Counted from the first letter of the whole stretch, positions 47,514-59,022 are shown. The stretch: DNA of 63,910 bases, filler included, from Globobulimina sp. (GCA_003354225.1; 58 parts of 58 records of this genome joined end to end with filler, not necessarily neighbours in it), one strand, 5' to 3'. A program made the numbers and translations. Notes: generated from the letters alone by a model not told the origin.

Positions 47514-48458
47514 GTGAAACAGCGGACAATGCGGATTAATGAATTGAAAAATAAAAAAAGAAAAAGAATGTCTGGTCCGCCGGTCCCAGCCTTGGAGTCT
47601 TTGGACGATTATAACCATGAAAGTTATCAAGAGCCAGCCTTGAAAAAAAGACGCAAATCATCGCGGATTCAGTCGTATGGTGGGCACAAAAGAAGTTATT
47701 TAGAAGCCGAGATTGAACAATATATCACGTATCAGTTCGAATTTGCAATCGTTTCCAATTGGACTGCATTTTTAAAATCTGATATTATTACAAAAGATAA
47801 TGAAACATTCAAATCATTTTTTGCCACATTATTCGTGGGTTTGCACATTGATTTTGAGGATGAATACCATGAATGGTACGAAGGCATCATTGAAAAAGTG
47901 CGGATATCGGCAAAGGAGAAAGATGTCGCAATTGCGGATGATATGGATGCCAAAACACAGTCAGTGCAGGAGACAGAGGATGAGATATTACATAAATATG
48001 ATATTAAATTCTTAATAAATTTTAAGAATTTTAGTGGTTTTTGGGATTCATGGCTCTCAATCTCATCCCCAGCACAATTGCAGCGTATAGCGGTGTTGAG
48101 GACCTACAGCAATGCGTACGATGTGGATGATAATGTAAAGCCATTAGCGGAGGTTATACGCGAATTGGATGAACAAGCGATTGTTTCTATTGATACGATA
48201 TCTGCTGCGTTGCAATTGGATCGATCCAAGTTTGTAAATTGGATCAATTCGCAAGCGGTGGAATGGGACGATGCGGATACAATCGATAAGATACTGAAAT
48301 GGACAAAAAAGTTTCTAATGTCCAATAAACAGAACAGTAATAATAATATGATGATAGCGCTGGATTATTTTGTCAAAGCAGGCAATTATTCGAATAAATG
48401 CGATCATATGATCTGTGAAGCGGTGTTGTCAAATTCATTAAATGTCGAATTGAGTTAA
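47514..48458 (+). CDS. Nuclear protein with a Tudor-knot/chromo-barrel-like domain
   Basis: NLS-like KKRKR and KKRRK; IDFEDEYHEWYEGII..INFKNFSGFWDSWL. Confidence 0.55.
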   Translation: MKQRTMRINELKNKKRKRMSGPPVPALESLDDYNHESYQEPALKKRRKSSRIQSYGGHKRSYLEAEIEQYITYQFEFAIVSNWTAFLKSDIITKDNETFKSFFATLFVGLHIDFEDEYHEWYEGIIEKVRISAKEKDVAIADDMDAKTQSVQETEDEILHKYDIKFLINFKNFSGFWDSWLSISSPAQLQRIAVLRTYSNAYDVDDNVKPLAEVIRELDEQAIVSIDTISAALQLDRSKFVNWINSQAVEWDDADTIDKILKWTKKFLMSNKQNSNNNMMIALDYFVKAGNYSNKCDHMICEAVLSNSLNVELS

Positions 48459-48653
48459 AATGCCGCGANNNNNNNNNNNNNNNNNNNNNNNNNNNNNNNN
48501 NNNNNNNNNNNNTTAATTAATTAANNNNNNNNNNNNNNNNNNNNNNNNNNNNNNNNNNNNNNNNNNNNATTTGCTATCCAATCTCCTAAGCCTTGCCAGT
48601 CGATGTCGAACGTGTTGATTTTATACTGGACTTTGGCTTTTTGAAGGCCAAAA

Positions 48654-49244
48654 TCAGCGCCTGTGAATATCTCTAAATTCGGAGTGTTGTTGATGGTGAC
48701 TTTGCGTTCGCCAGTCGTTATTTGGATGAGCTGGCGAACCTTTTAATGTCTTTAATAATGTGTCGACTAAATTTAATGTGGGATAATCCAAAGTATCCTG
48801 TAAATACTCAGATAATTTGGCCTCAAAAACGTTTAAAATGTTGGATTTGATCATCATGACCATATCCCAGCATTTAATTAAGCCCGTACTGGGTTGCATT
48901 CTTCCTAAAGCATCGCTTTGTGTCCATTTTGGGTCAGTGGGATCATCCACGATCAATGAGCCTTGCACCCATTCTCGGATTTGTTTAAGATCCGCGGCGT
49001 TGCCTCCTTTCACAATCTTATATGCCACCTTTTCAATGTTATCTTCTGTCTTCTTGAATTCATTGAATTTGATTAATAATTCAAGATCATCATAAAAATC
49101 TAATAATGCATTATAAATTGACGATTCTGGCTCGGCACGGCCGGGAGCACTGGGTAAACGAACTGTGGATGCTATGCTATTTGCAATTAATCTTTTCATA
49201 TTGGTGTTGCGTAATGCATTCCCAATATTGACTGTAATTGACAT
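48654..49244 (-). CDS. Hypothetical protein
   Basis: 196-aa ORF with normal composition; family not recognised. Confidence 0.45.
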   Translation of the reverse strand: MSITVNIGNALRNTNMKRLIANSIASTVRLPSAPGRAEPESSIYNALLDFYDDLELLIKFNEFKKTEDNIEKVAYKIVKGGNAADLKQIREWVQGSLIVDDPTDPKWTQSDALGRMQPSTGLIKCWDMVMMIKSNILNVFEAKLSEYLQDTLDYPTLNLVDTLLKTLKGSPAHPNNDWRTQSHHQQHSEFRDIHRR

Positions 49245-49955
49245 AGTTTGTACGATAACGAGGAAACGTTCCTGTTTCTTACGACTTTGTTACTTCTTAC
49301 GACTTAGTAGTTATTCAAAAACTAAAAACTTTTTTTATCGAATTCTAAAAACTTGAAGAATATAAAAACATAATATATAAAATGAAAAATCCTTCATATG
49401 ATGTAAAATGGCCATGAATTCGGTGTACTCGCCAACAAAATATAAAAATATCGACTTTATCCCAGCCATAAAATCCTTAATTTCATCGCCAGAGTACAGT
49501 TTAAATGCCATCTCTTCCGCAATCACCTTCTCATCATATTGAATAATAAATTGATGCAAATATATAAATGANNNNNNNNNNNNNNNNNNNNNNNNNNNNN
49601 NNNNNNNNNNNNNNNTTAATTAATTAANNNNNNNNNNNNNNNNNNNNNNNNNNNNNNNNNNNNNNNNNNNNATCGCATTTTCCGTTTCCAAATTCTTGAG
49701 ACATAATGACTAGAACCGCAAAAATAAATGCACAGTGATTAGAGTATGTAAGGTACTTTAGGTTTTCGACAAAAAAGAATTATTTTACACACTGAGCGAG
49801 CATCATAATATTCCATGCATTTGCATAATCCTTGTTTGTTCATTGGTCTAAAGGACTTATATCCATGTTTGTATATACTATTTAAATAGCGTTCTTACTT
49901 GTGTATGGATGAAATCATTAATTGATTTCTTAAAGTTTTGAAGAAAAACTTTTTC

Positions 49956-50020
49956 TAGGTATGAGCACACTAATTTTTTCGTCATTTTGCTTGCTTTTTG
50001 AGTTAGTGTGCTCGTACCTA
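49956..50020. repeat. 18-bp inverted repeat (one mismatch) with 29-nt spacer, bounded by GT..AG on both strands
   Basis: TAGGTATGAGCACACTAA (49956-49973) and TTAGTGTGCTCGTACCTA (50003-50020). Confidence 0.9.
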
Positions 50021-50120
50021 AAGAAAAACGAAAAAAAATCATTCATTCACCAGCAAATATTTTTTGAATTAAGAATTTTACCCAACTGCTGTGTAAAGCG
50101 GCTGGTTTAATTTAATCCAT

Positions 50121-50674
50121 TTAAGGGAGTGCAGTTTTGACAGATATGTGTTTGTTTTGTTGGTCAAACCATTGTTGAACAACATAAGTAATGTCTTGTT
50201 GTGTTGCATGTGTTTTCCAATTCAAACACAATAAATTCCAATCAAAATATTTTGTTAATACATGATAATTAATATAATTCTCACCACACAATTTTTCATT
50301 ATTATCAACAAATACATCATTTGGTCCAAAAATCATAATTCCCCGTTTCTTATTATCATCAATGCAAAAATTAACAATCAATCCATTCGAATCGACATGG
50401 TCAAATTGCATGGTTTTATTCCTTATTCCTCCCATTGTTCCGGGTTGTAATTCATATTTATTTTTCATTAAAAATGATTCCGATCCAATCTCATTGCCAT
50501 ACAATACATTATTTATACATTTTAATAGTAAAATATTATATTTATTTCTATCCCATCCATCTGCTTCGTTCTCTGTATTATAATTATATTGTTTTACTAA
50601 TTCAGACTGTAATCCATTTTTGAGCATGGTCAGAAACGAAGGTTGCATCACTTGCATACTTACTGTCTGTGTTT
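50121..50674 (-). CDS. Hypothetical protein fragment
   Basis: 178-aa open frame; family not recognised. Confidence 0.45.
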
Positions 50675-50774
50675 NNNNNNNNNNNNNNNNNNNNNNNNNN
50701 NNNNNNNNNNNNNNNNNNTTAATTAATTAANNNNNNNNNNNNNNNNNNNNNNNNNNNNNNNNNNNNNNNNNNNN

Positions 50775-50929
50775 GGTGCGGCGCCACCAACTCTTTTGGA
50801 ATAACCTCCTTTCCGCAAATAACGGGCCAAGCGACCAACTGGGAATTGTAAACCTGCTCTGGCTGAACGAGAAACTTGTTTTCCTTTTCCTTTTCCTTTG
50901 CCTCTGCCTCGCTTTCCTTTGCCAGACAT
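50775..50929 (-). CDS. H2A: Histone H2A, N-terminus
   Basis: [35 protein letters not shown]. Confidence 0.97.
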
Positions 50930-51877
50930 ATTCAATTTTAATTAACTAAGTTTGCTTTTTAATGAATAGGATTGAGAATGAATAAGATTGAGAATTAATG
51001 TTGTTTTGTTGAAGATTTCTCAATAAATTGCGATGTTGTTATTCACACAAACTTGGAAAACTGATGATTGCCATTGGTCAATACTACAACAGAAATACAT
51101 AAATATCATCTTTGTTAGATTGCATTATTTACTCCAAAATGACCAAAAATCAACTTTAAACTTTTCACAAAAAATCTTAACATATAAATACTACTTTCTT
51201 GCCTCAGTATATATTTGCAGATATAAAATTTGCATATGTTGATCGCAAAAGTACAAAAAGTAGTTTTACAAACAAACTTGCAACCAATCATTAGAGTTTT
51301 CCTATTTAACCTTGAGTTGCATTTAGAATGCAATTATCATTGCATGCATAATACAACCAAAGGTATTAATGGATGATTGAGCATATACAAAAATCAATAT
51401 AAATCCAAATATTATCAAAAACTAAAATGTATACAATAATATGATCAGAATTAAGACATTATCGACAATGGAAAGATGTAATTTTAATGGATTACGTTTG
51501 AGTCCATCCATCCATCACGATGATAACAAATAATGCTATGCATATTGAAGCAATTGAAATGAACGCAAAAATATACACATAAAGACACATTGAAACAAAC
51601 GCAAAAAATGGAAATGGTTTGCACATTGTACCAAAGTCAGCAATTCCATTCATTACATCAGAGAGAAGACAAATATATGCGGACGCAATGTGTTATATTT
51701 TGTTGTTGATGGGAGAATGTTCGTTATTACAAGAATAAAATTATACAGATGATAAATCTCTCACTCAGTGCACGGACNNNNNNNNNNNNNNNNNNNNNNN
51801 NNNNNNNNNNNNNNNNNNNNNTTAATTAATTAANNNNNNNNNNNNNNNNNNNNNNNNNNNNNNNNNNNNNNNNNNNN

Positions 51878-52197
51878 TCTGGCAGATTCTGCAATGCGCC
51901 ACATTCTAGTAAACTGCGCCTTATTTTAGAATTGCTCAATTCTATGTGCATGGGTTGGTGTGGCAATTTGTGAACAGCTGTTAACAATAATTGTTTCATT
52001 TTATCAAAACACAGTTCATCCTTGCTAGCCTGCGTCAACCCCTTGAATTTGATTTCTGTTTTGCCTGACTTTGTTGCATAGCAGTAAGATTTATTTCCTG
52101 CAGAAAAAATAAAGTTGTTTTTGTTGTGTGTTGTGTTTTTTGTGTACTTACCTAGCACAACTAACTTTGTGATGAAATCATTATCACCCAATTCATT
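51878..52197 (-). mobile_element. Polinton-type protein-primed DNA polymerase B, C-terminal fragment with a 54-nt intron (52098-52151)
   Basis: Spliced sequence NELGDNDFITKLVVLGNKSYCYATKSGKTEIKFKGLT matches pPolB DEL..YITEFVxxGPKxYxY..KxKG. Confidence 0.8.
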
Positions 52198-52313
52198 TTA
52201 GCATTACTCAAACTGGAGAAGATTTCAGCAAGAGGTTTTTTGTCGAGTGTCAGGTACAAAAAAATGCCCCCAACAGCGAGGCCTAAAACGGCCCTAATTA
52301 TTTTCTTATACAT
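52177..52313 (-). CDS. Bacterial flippase-like (lysylphosphatidylglycerol synthase TM domain) N-terminus, truncated by the chimeric junction
   Basis: MYKKIIRAVLGLAVGGIFLYLTLDKKPLAEIFSSLSNAKMNWVI; divergent from the EamA gene. Confidence 0.55.
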
Positions 52314-52485
52314 TTTCTAGCGTTTTGTTTTATGGTTTTGTGCTTGCAAAGATAAAAAACAACACATTTTAGAACGAAAAGTGTATGAAATTATTTCAAA
52401 ACTGAGAATCAATAATTCAGCTCAAATAAATAAAATTACATTAAGTCATCTATAAATTAGATACATTAGCGCAAATTTATAAACT

Positions 52486-52880
52486 ATGTTTGAATCTCAT
52501 TATGGTGAACTAGTCGCCTTAGCTACAGCAATGTTCTGGACAATTACAGCTCTTGCATTTGAAGGTGCTACTACCAGGGTTGGAACCTACTCTGTTAATA
52601 TTATAAGGCTTGTATTTGGTTTTACTTTTTTAACAGCCATGGCCTGGTTTAACCGTGGAATACTATTCCCTACTGATGCAACCCAACATGCTTGGTTTTG
52701 GCTTGGTTTATCGGGTATTATTGGTTTTGTAATAGGCGATTTATTTCTGTTTGCCTCATACCCTATTATAAGCTCAAGAATAGCTATGCTGGTTATGACA
52801 CTTGCTCCACCTTTTGCTGCAATTCTTAGCTTCGTAATCCTTGATGAAAAAATGAGTGACTTAAGTATAGTGGGGATGCT
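52486..52880 (+). CDS. Bacterial DMT/EamA-family transporter, N-terminal half
   Basis: GELVALATAMFW, VNIIRL, LSGIIGFVIGDLFLF and LAPPFAAILSFVILDE. Confidence 0.9.
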
Positions 52881-54083
52881 NNNNNNNNNNNNNNNNNNNN
52901 NNNNNNNNNNNNNNNNNNNNNNNNTTAATTAATTAANNNNNNNNNNNNNNNNNNNNNNNNNNNNNNNNNNNNNNNNNNNNATCTGCTTATGTCGCTGTAT
53001 ACGGATGGAATCGACCTGCAATCAGCCGGATATTTTCTTGATTTGATGCATCCAGATCCTGTGAATGGAAGCAAGGATTGGGAATTAGTGGGCAAATTAT
53101 TTGTAAATGCAAACGATTTGTACATAAAAACAAAAACGAGAAACAATAAACTGACTATATTTGCGATGTACTGTGCTAAAGATAATGTCAATGCAAATTG
53201 CAAAGTTGTGGTTGTATCTTCCAGTGGAATTTATTGAAGATTGCATTGCTTCAAATATTACTCTCTCTAATTATGGCTTACAATATGTACTACGAAACAG
53301 TGCAAACCGTGTTTTCAGAGCATATCAAAACAGAAATTGCTTTGATGCCTATTCTTTGCAAATATTAGCAAGAAATCAAAAATTATTATTCGACGGAAAT
53401 CATGTTATATTTATTAAAGAAGCATTGTTGTCCAATCAGTACAGGGCTGAACCAATGATTTTTATGTTGGATTTTTTTGTGCGACATAGCATGTTGCAAC
53501 AATCTGAAATACGGATCCAATTAAATATTATGCGGCATAGTTGGAACAAGGACCCATTCGACACTTTATATCAAAACTCAGACACAACATAATTTAAAGC
53601 GGATGGCACCACGCGGAAGAAAAGAGTGCAAATGTTGACCGGATTGCAAAATAAAGCTCAATGTTTTAAAACAAATCACAAAACAACACACTGTCTTTTC
53701 TTGTTTGTTTTTGATTTTATACATAAATTTTGTATAATAACACGGTCTGTTACACTTTCTGAGGCCGCACCAAACCACACATTGCAAATCATACTTTGGC
53801 CATAAATGCTAAAATTCCCACTTTCATTATGTTTATAACCATTTACTGTGATCTCTTTATAATTATCTGTCAATTTAATATAAATATGATAATAGCTGCT
53901 GGCACTGGTACGTGATTGCAAATGTGTTTGATTGATTACTGTTATATCGTCAAATGTGTATTTGGAATGCAATCTGATTTTGCNNNNNNNNNNNNNNNNN
54001 NNNNNNNNNNNNNNNNNNNNNNNNNNNTTAATTAATTAANNNNNNNNNNNNNNNNNNNNNNNNNNNNNNNNNNNNNNNNNNNN

Positions 54084-54296
54084 ACTATAAAAAACAGGGT
54101 ACAAAAACGTAATCGCGAACAAGAAAAAAATATGGACTCAACTTATATTGCCGAATTAATCGATAAATATAACGAATTTGCTGAAGATAGAAATTGTTTT
54201 TTCCAAAATGTAGTGCATATAGAAGCCAACCAAAATGTAAATTCTGTTTTTACACAACTTTGTTACTCTATAGATAATATAATATCCGAATTATAA
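54084..54296 (+). CDS. Deoxynucleoside/thymidylate kinase C-terminal fragment (not in the ORF track)
   Basis: TIKNRVQKRNREQEKNMDSTYIAELIDKYNEF..VVHIEAN resembles the dNK lid motif RIxxRGRxxE..YLxxL..Y. Confidence 0.7.
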   Translation, partial: TIKNRVQKRNREQEKNMDSTYIAELIDKYNEFAEDRNCFFQNVVHIEANQNVNSVFTQLCYSIDNIISEL

Positions 54297-54764
54297 AATA
54301 TTTCGATATATCAAAAATATCATTATAAGAGCAATCGCTCGAAAATGAATCCAACGGCAATTCCGTTTTGTTTTTCTCACAAATGTTTGAAAACCACCCC
54401 ATCCGCCATTGCTAGCAAACCAAACTCCTGTTTCATTGACAATGCTTTTTGAGAATTGCTCTTCTAATTCAGTAAGATATTTTGGGTTATCTTTGTTTAA
54501 CTTTGCCATCTTTGCGCAAAACGCAAAATTTGAAACTAGACGGCCATAGTTGATAGTTTTGTCCTTGAAAACAGCATTTATTGCTTCTGGAATCAATTGC
54601 AAAGGCAATTTTTTGGCGTAAGTTTCCAATATGGGGTCCTCTATTTCCACTATTGCGGCAGTCAGTGTTGGTAGGATATAATGTTGATTATAAATTGGTT
54701 GGTCGGTTGCCCAGAGAATAGTTTGTCTAACAAGGCGTCTAATTTGATACACAGTCTCCTCCAT
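54291..54764 (-). CDS. Intronless Bcl-2-family protein (probable viral Bcl-2); alternative start at 54839
   Basis: BH1 VFKDKTINYGRLVSNFAF, BH2 WFASNGGWGGF, C-terminal hydrophobic anchor. Confidence 0.85.
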   Translation of the reverse strand: MEETVYQIRRLVRQTILWATDQPIYNQHYILPTLTAAIVEIEDPILETYAKKLPLQLIPEAINAVFKDKTINYGRLVSNFAFCAKMAKLNKDNPKYLTELEEQFSKSIVNETGVWFASNGGWGGFQTFVRKTKRNCRWIHFRAIALIMIFLIYRNIL

Positions 54765-54883
54765 ATCAACACCATAGGAAATAACAATGCGTCTGACAAG
54801 AGAAAAGTAAAATTGAGAGGATTTCGTCTTTCTTCTCATCCTTTACTATATTTTACCAATTTGTCTTAGTCATTCTGGTTGTC

Positions 54884-55086
54884 ATGGATGAGTCTCGTCG
54901 TGTCAATCTTAAAACTACTTTTTTTAATCCCTGCAACATACCTAAGTATGATTATGGTCAATGTTTGGAAAATGATAAAATCATGAAAACGGCTTTCATG
55001 GTATTTTACATGGACGAGCTGCGTCATACTCTCAAACATCACATAAGCGAATTCTGCAAAGGTTGCAAGCAAGATATAGGTGGAAA
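54884..55086 (+). CDS. Small Cys-containing ORF, 3'-truncated, virus-like
   Basis: Divergent from the Bcl-2 gene; ends in FCKGCKQD. Confidence 0.4.
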
Positions 55087-55199
55087 NNNNNNNNNNNNNN
55101 NNNNNNNNNNNNNNNNNNNNNNNNNNNNNNTTAATTAATTAANNNNNNNNNNNNNNNNNNNNNNNNNNNNNNNNNNNNNNNNNNNNTCAGTCTCTCACA

Positions 55200-56189
55200 A
55201 TGTCGCAAGTAGTGACTAGTGTTGAAGGAGAAGGAACATTTAATTTTAATTCCTGGATAACACAAAATGGATTGGAGTCTGTCAAAGATTTATTAATTAA
55301 ACACAACGCAACAACACCGAGCACATTGAATATGCATGCCAAAGAATTTCAAAGCTTTATGTCTGACCCACAATTATTCAGCAAACGGCATCTGATACCA
55401 ACAATACTCGGCGCTGTCCCTACTATCAAAATTATTGTTGCCGAGGAAGAACAACAAGTAATTGATGCCATACAGCAACATATAAAATCATTGAATCAGA
55501 TAAAAAATCATATTGCAAAATTGAAGCAAGAATATCCCAAAAGCATTGAAAATATAAATGAACAAAAATTAGCAAAAATTAAAGCAACAAAAACAAAAAT
55601 AAATAAAATATTTGATAATTTGTCGCATTTATTGAATAAACGAAGAAAATGTATCTTGGACCAAATTGATGCAGTTGCCATAAATAATAAAATTAATAAA
55701 AATAATAATGACGAAAAGGATAATTATAATCCGTCCATTTCACAAACTATAACAAAGACAAACAATTTTTTAAATCAACAACAGACATTTTGGGATAAAT
55801 TAACCTCAAACAATGAGAACCGATTGGATCGAAAAGCAACAATTATAAAAATGGGAGAAAATATTGATGCGAAATTTAAGCAAACACAAAATATCTTAAC
55901 CAAACATATTGAAAATGTGTCAAAGCAAATTGATAAAAATAAAAAAGTTGTAGTTGACATTGATTTTGTTATCAAAGAAAAAACGCATCAAAAAATTATA
56001 AAATGTGTAAACAAACTGGGAAGAATTATTAATACAACTTTTCAAACGGATATCGCTGAAAAAAAAGGGGATGAACCGGAGGACGAACCGGATGAGGATG
56101 AAAAGGCTGTAATTGTATTAACACAAAAATTAAAACAAGAAACAAACAAAGTATCAAAGACAAAAAAAGCCTTTTTACGCATGACAACA
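55200..56189 (+). CDS. SAM-like N-terminus plus coiled-coil protein
   Basis: FNSWITQNGLESVKDLLIKHN followed by a long coiled coil. Confidence 0.5.
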
Positions 56190-56289
56190 NNNNNNNNNNN
56201 NNNNNNNNNNNNNNNNNNNNNNNNNNNNNNNNNTTAATTAATTAANNNNNNNNNNNNNNNNNNNNNNNNNNNNNNNNNNNNNNNNNNNN

Positions 56290-57011
56290 TTAATGCGACA
56301 CATTGCTGGAACCATATTGTTGGCTCCGTGGCTGTTACCGGCGTGAATAGATATAATTTGAATATAAAATGTGAAATGAAACACTTGTGCTATGATTTTG
56401 TGGCAATTGATAATTGGTTAAATCTTAAAGAAGTGCAAGATATACTCGGTGTGGCGGAGAATATCGAATGGCAATCTTGTAATAAATATGTTGCACATCC
56501 AATACACGCATCGGGGCAAACTATGACGAATTCGCGAGAGTTACTATCGGAAGCAGTGGATGATGGAATTCGAGGTTTAATATTTGCGGGAGATTTGGAT
56601 TATATTTGCAATTGGCTTGGCAACGAAGCGTGGACTTTGCAGTTACAATGGAAAGGACAAGAATCGTTTAAAAGTACAAAAATGTCGGATTGGATTGTAA
56701 ATGGCAACGTTGCTGGTCAAATGAGACAAGGCAGGAATACGAATTTTACATTTTTACGCGTGTATGATGCTGGACATATGGTACCGATGGACAAACCACA
56801 AATTGCGTTGCAATTAATTAATCAGTTTTTATCAAATACGTTAATGTCAAAGGAGAATGTACGTGTACGGAAGGAGTATAATTCTAATCATACCATTCAA
56901 GCAACAATCAGTGTGCAGCCATCTACTTTGGCGAATTTATGGGGTATGCTATTCTTAGAGGTAACGGTGGTCATTTGGTGTTTTTGGCATTGTCAAAGGA
57001 AATCAGATTGA
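56290..57011 (+). CDS. Serine carboxypeptidase (S10), C-terminal part
   Basis: LIFAGDLDYICNWLGN and TFLRVYDAGHMVPMDKP contain the catalytic Asp and His. Confidence 0.93.
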
Positions 57012-58495
57012 AATCATACAAACTTAATTTAATATATAAATTTTAATGTCAATTATTTTTTCTTAAATGTTTTTTCTCTTATTTTATATTTGTTATTTTT
57101 ATTTTTTAAACTATCTGCTTGCTGGTTGCAATACGCATTATTTTTTCTTCCAATTTTGTGCGATATCAAAATCCCTAATATAGTAAAACAAGTTAACTGA
57201 TTTTCAAAATAGACAACATTGTCCTCGCAGGCTTTGGTGTTTATCACAAAATCAACCGCATCTGTATCAATTATCTGATTGGCAGGATCATCNNNNNNNN
57301 NNNNNNNNNNNNNNNNNNNNNNNNNNNNNNNNNNNNTTAATTAATTAANNNNNNNNNNNNNNNNNNNNNNNNNNNNNNNNNNNNNNNNNNNNCATCTCCG
57401 AAACTATCAAATGGTAAATTGTATCGGATCAAGCTACCAACTTATAGTATCAATAGTTCTTTTGCTTATAGTATATTAAATCTGTCTCTTTAAGACAACA
57501 ATAACCAGTATGATGGTAACATATATGGAGGTCAAGTTTAGTTTCTTTATCTATCATTAGGAATTAGTTTAAATCAAGACTATTTACAGGTTGATGAGCA
57601 CCATTTCTAATCCAGAAGGATGGCAACCACTCAAACATCAGGAAGAATAGAAGGCAGGCATATAATATCAATTGCATTGAATTATCGGACATAGCCAAAC
57701 AAGTCCGTTCTGCGTCATTTTGGCACTACAAAGTTGGTCAGTTAATTGTCCGTCGTTTGTCCGTCATTGGTCCGTATAATCAAGTCCATCAATTATCCAA
57801 ATAGACGATCAGGATAGATGCCAAGGCAAACTGATTACGCTACAAAAGACTACGGTAGCAGTTCAATTATCGGCCAAAGTAGATGCTAAATTATGTGACG
57901 CAAGTCTTCCTTCGCGACCATCTGCCAATTTATTATGGAATAAGAAATTTGCATATCATCATCGTGCTGTTGCTCATCAAACTGTATTTTATTATCCTCT
58001 TTTCTGATACATTTTATTATTGTTAGTTCGATTATTAGTGACCAAGTCGTGAACTGCTCCTCAAGTTATTCTTATTATTGTTGCTCAAAGTGTTTTGGTT
58101 CTCATAAAGAAAACTTAATCAGTCTCATTAAGGTACACCTTTTAATCATGCAACCTAGTGTAGCATTCTTCTGAGTGAGCTATTATTCACATTGTTCTCG
58201 ACTTCATAGAGATTATTGTCATCATCACCTTAACAGACATCAGTACGTTGTTTGTGTGCACTTATCCGGATTCCGACACTGTCGAGTTTCCAACTTGCAT
58301 ACTAGATAGCGACGTACGGAATACTGTTACACTATATACACATATACAAATGTGGGGGAACGCGTTACCCCTTGCATGTCAGTTCTGCTCTGCATNNNNN
58401 NNNNNNNNNNNNNNNNNNNNNNNNNNNNNNNNNNNNNNNTTAATTAATTAANNNNNNNNNNNNNNNNNNNNNNNNNNNNNNNNNNNNNNNNNNNN

Positions 58496-59022
58496 TAAAA
58501 ATTGACGCCTTTTAACTTGGGATTCTCTTTTTGTTCATGAATGTCATCATTTAAACGATCCCATGGACCCATATTTATGTCCACAAACCGGAAATAATCC
58601 TCTTTGCTCACACCATTCATAAAACGCTCATTCTTGTCATTATTTTTATATTCTACTTCGATATCTTGTTTCCATTCACTTTTTTGTTGTCGATTACATG
58701 GTGTAATTGGTGTTGGTGTGCAAGGATATAATTCAATGAGACATTAAATAGACGCAAACCTGAATGGTTTACCGGTGCATTGATATATAAATATTTCGTC
58801 CATTAATTGTGAGGCTTGACGCAATTTAAGCAATGCTTGTTGTTGGTTTTTGGTCAATTTGGATAAGTCACATTTTAGGATTGCTTTGGCATATTTTGTT
58901 AATGAGGAGGTAGTAATGGATGGAAGATGCATCTTTGACGGATATTTGCTTGATTCGATAGATCCTTTCTCCAATAATATTTCTTTCTGATCGTCACTTC
59001 CTGGAACACAAATTTGGCCCAT
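58496..59022 (-). CDS. Peptidase M49 (DPP III/NUDT3-like) N-terminal part; intron 58679-58759
   Basis: KYAKAILKCDLSKL..ASQLMDEIF and, after splicing, INMGPWDRLND..KGVNF. Confidence 0.78.

Noticed and set aside
48654-49244. Gag-like assignment for the 196-aa ORF
   Set aside because: No zinc knuckle or other diagnostic motif; left as hypothetical.
51878-52880. Polinton integrated in a bacterial genome
   Set aside because: The junction is mid-gene on both sides with microhomology and there is no TIR.
57393-58395. Possible ncRNA or LTR in an ORF-less contig
   Set aside because: No recognisable rRNA, tRNA, snRNA, PBS or terminal motifs.
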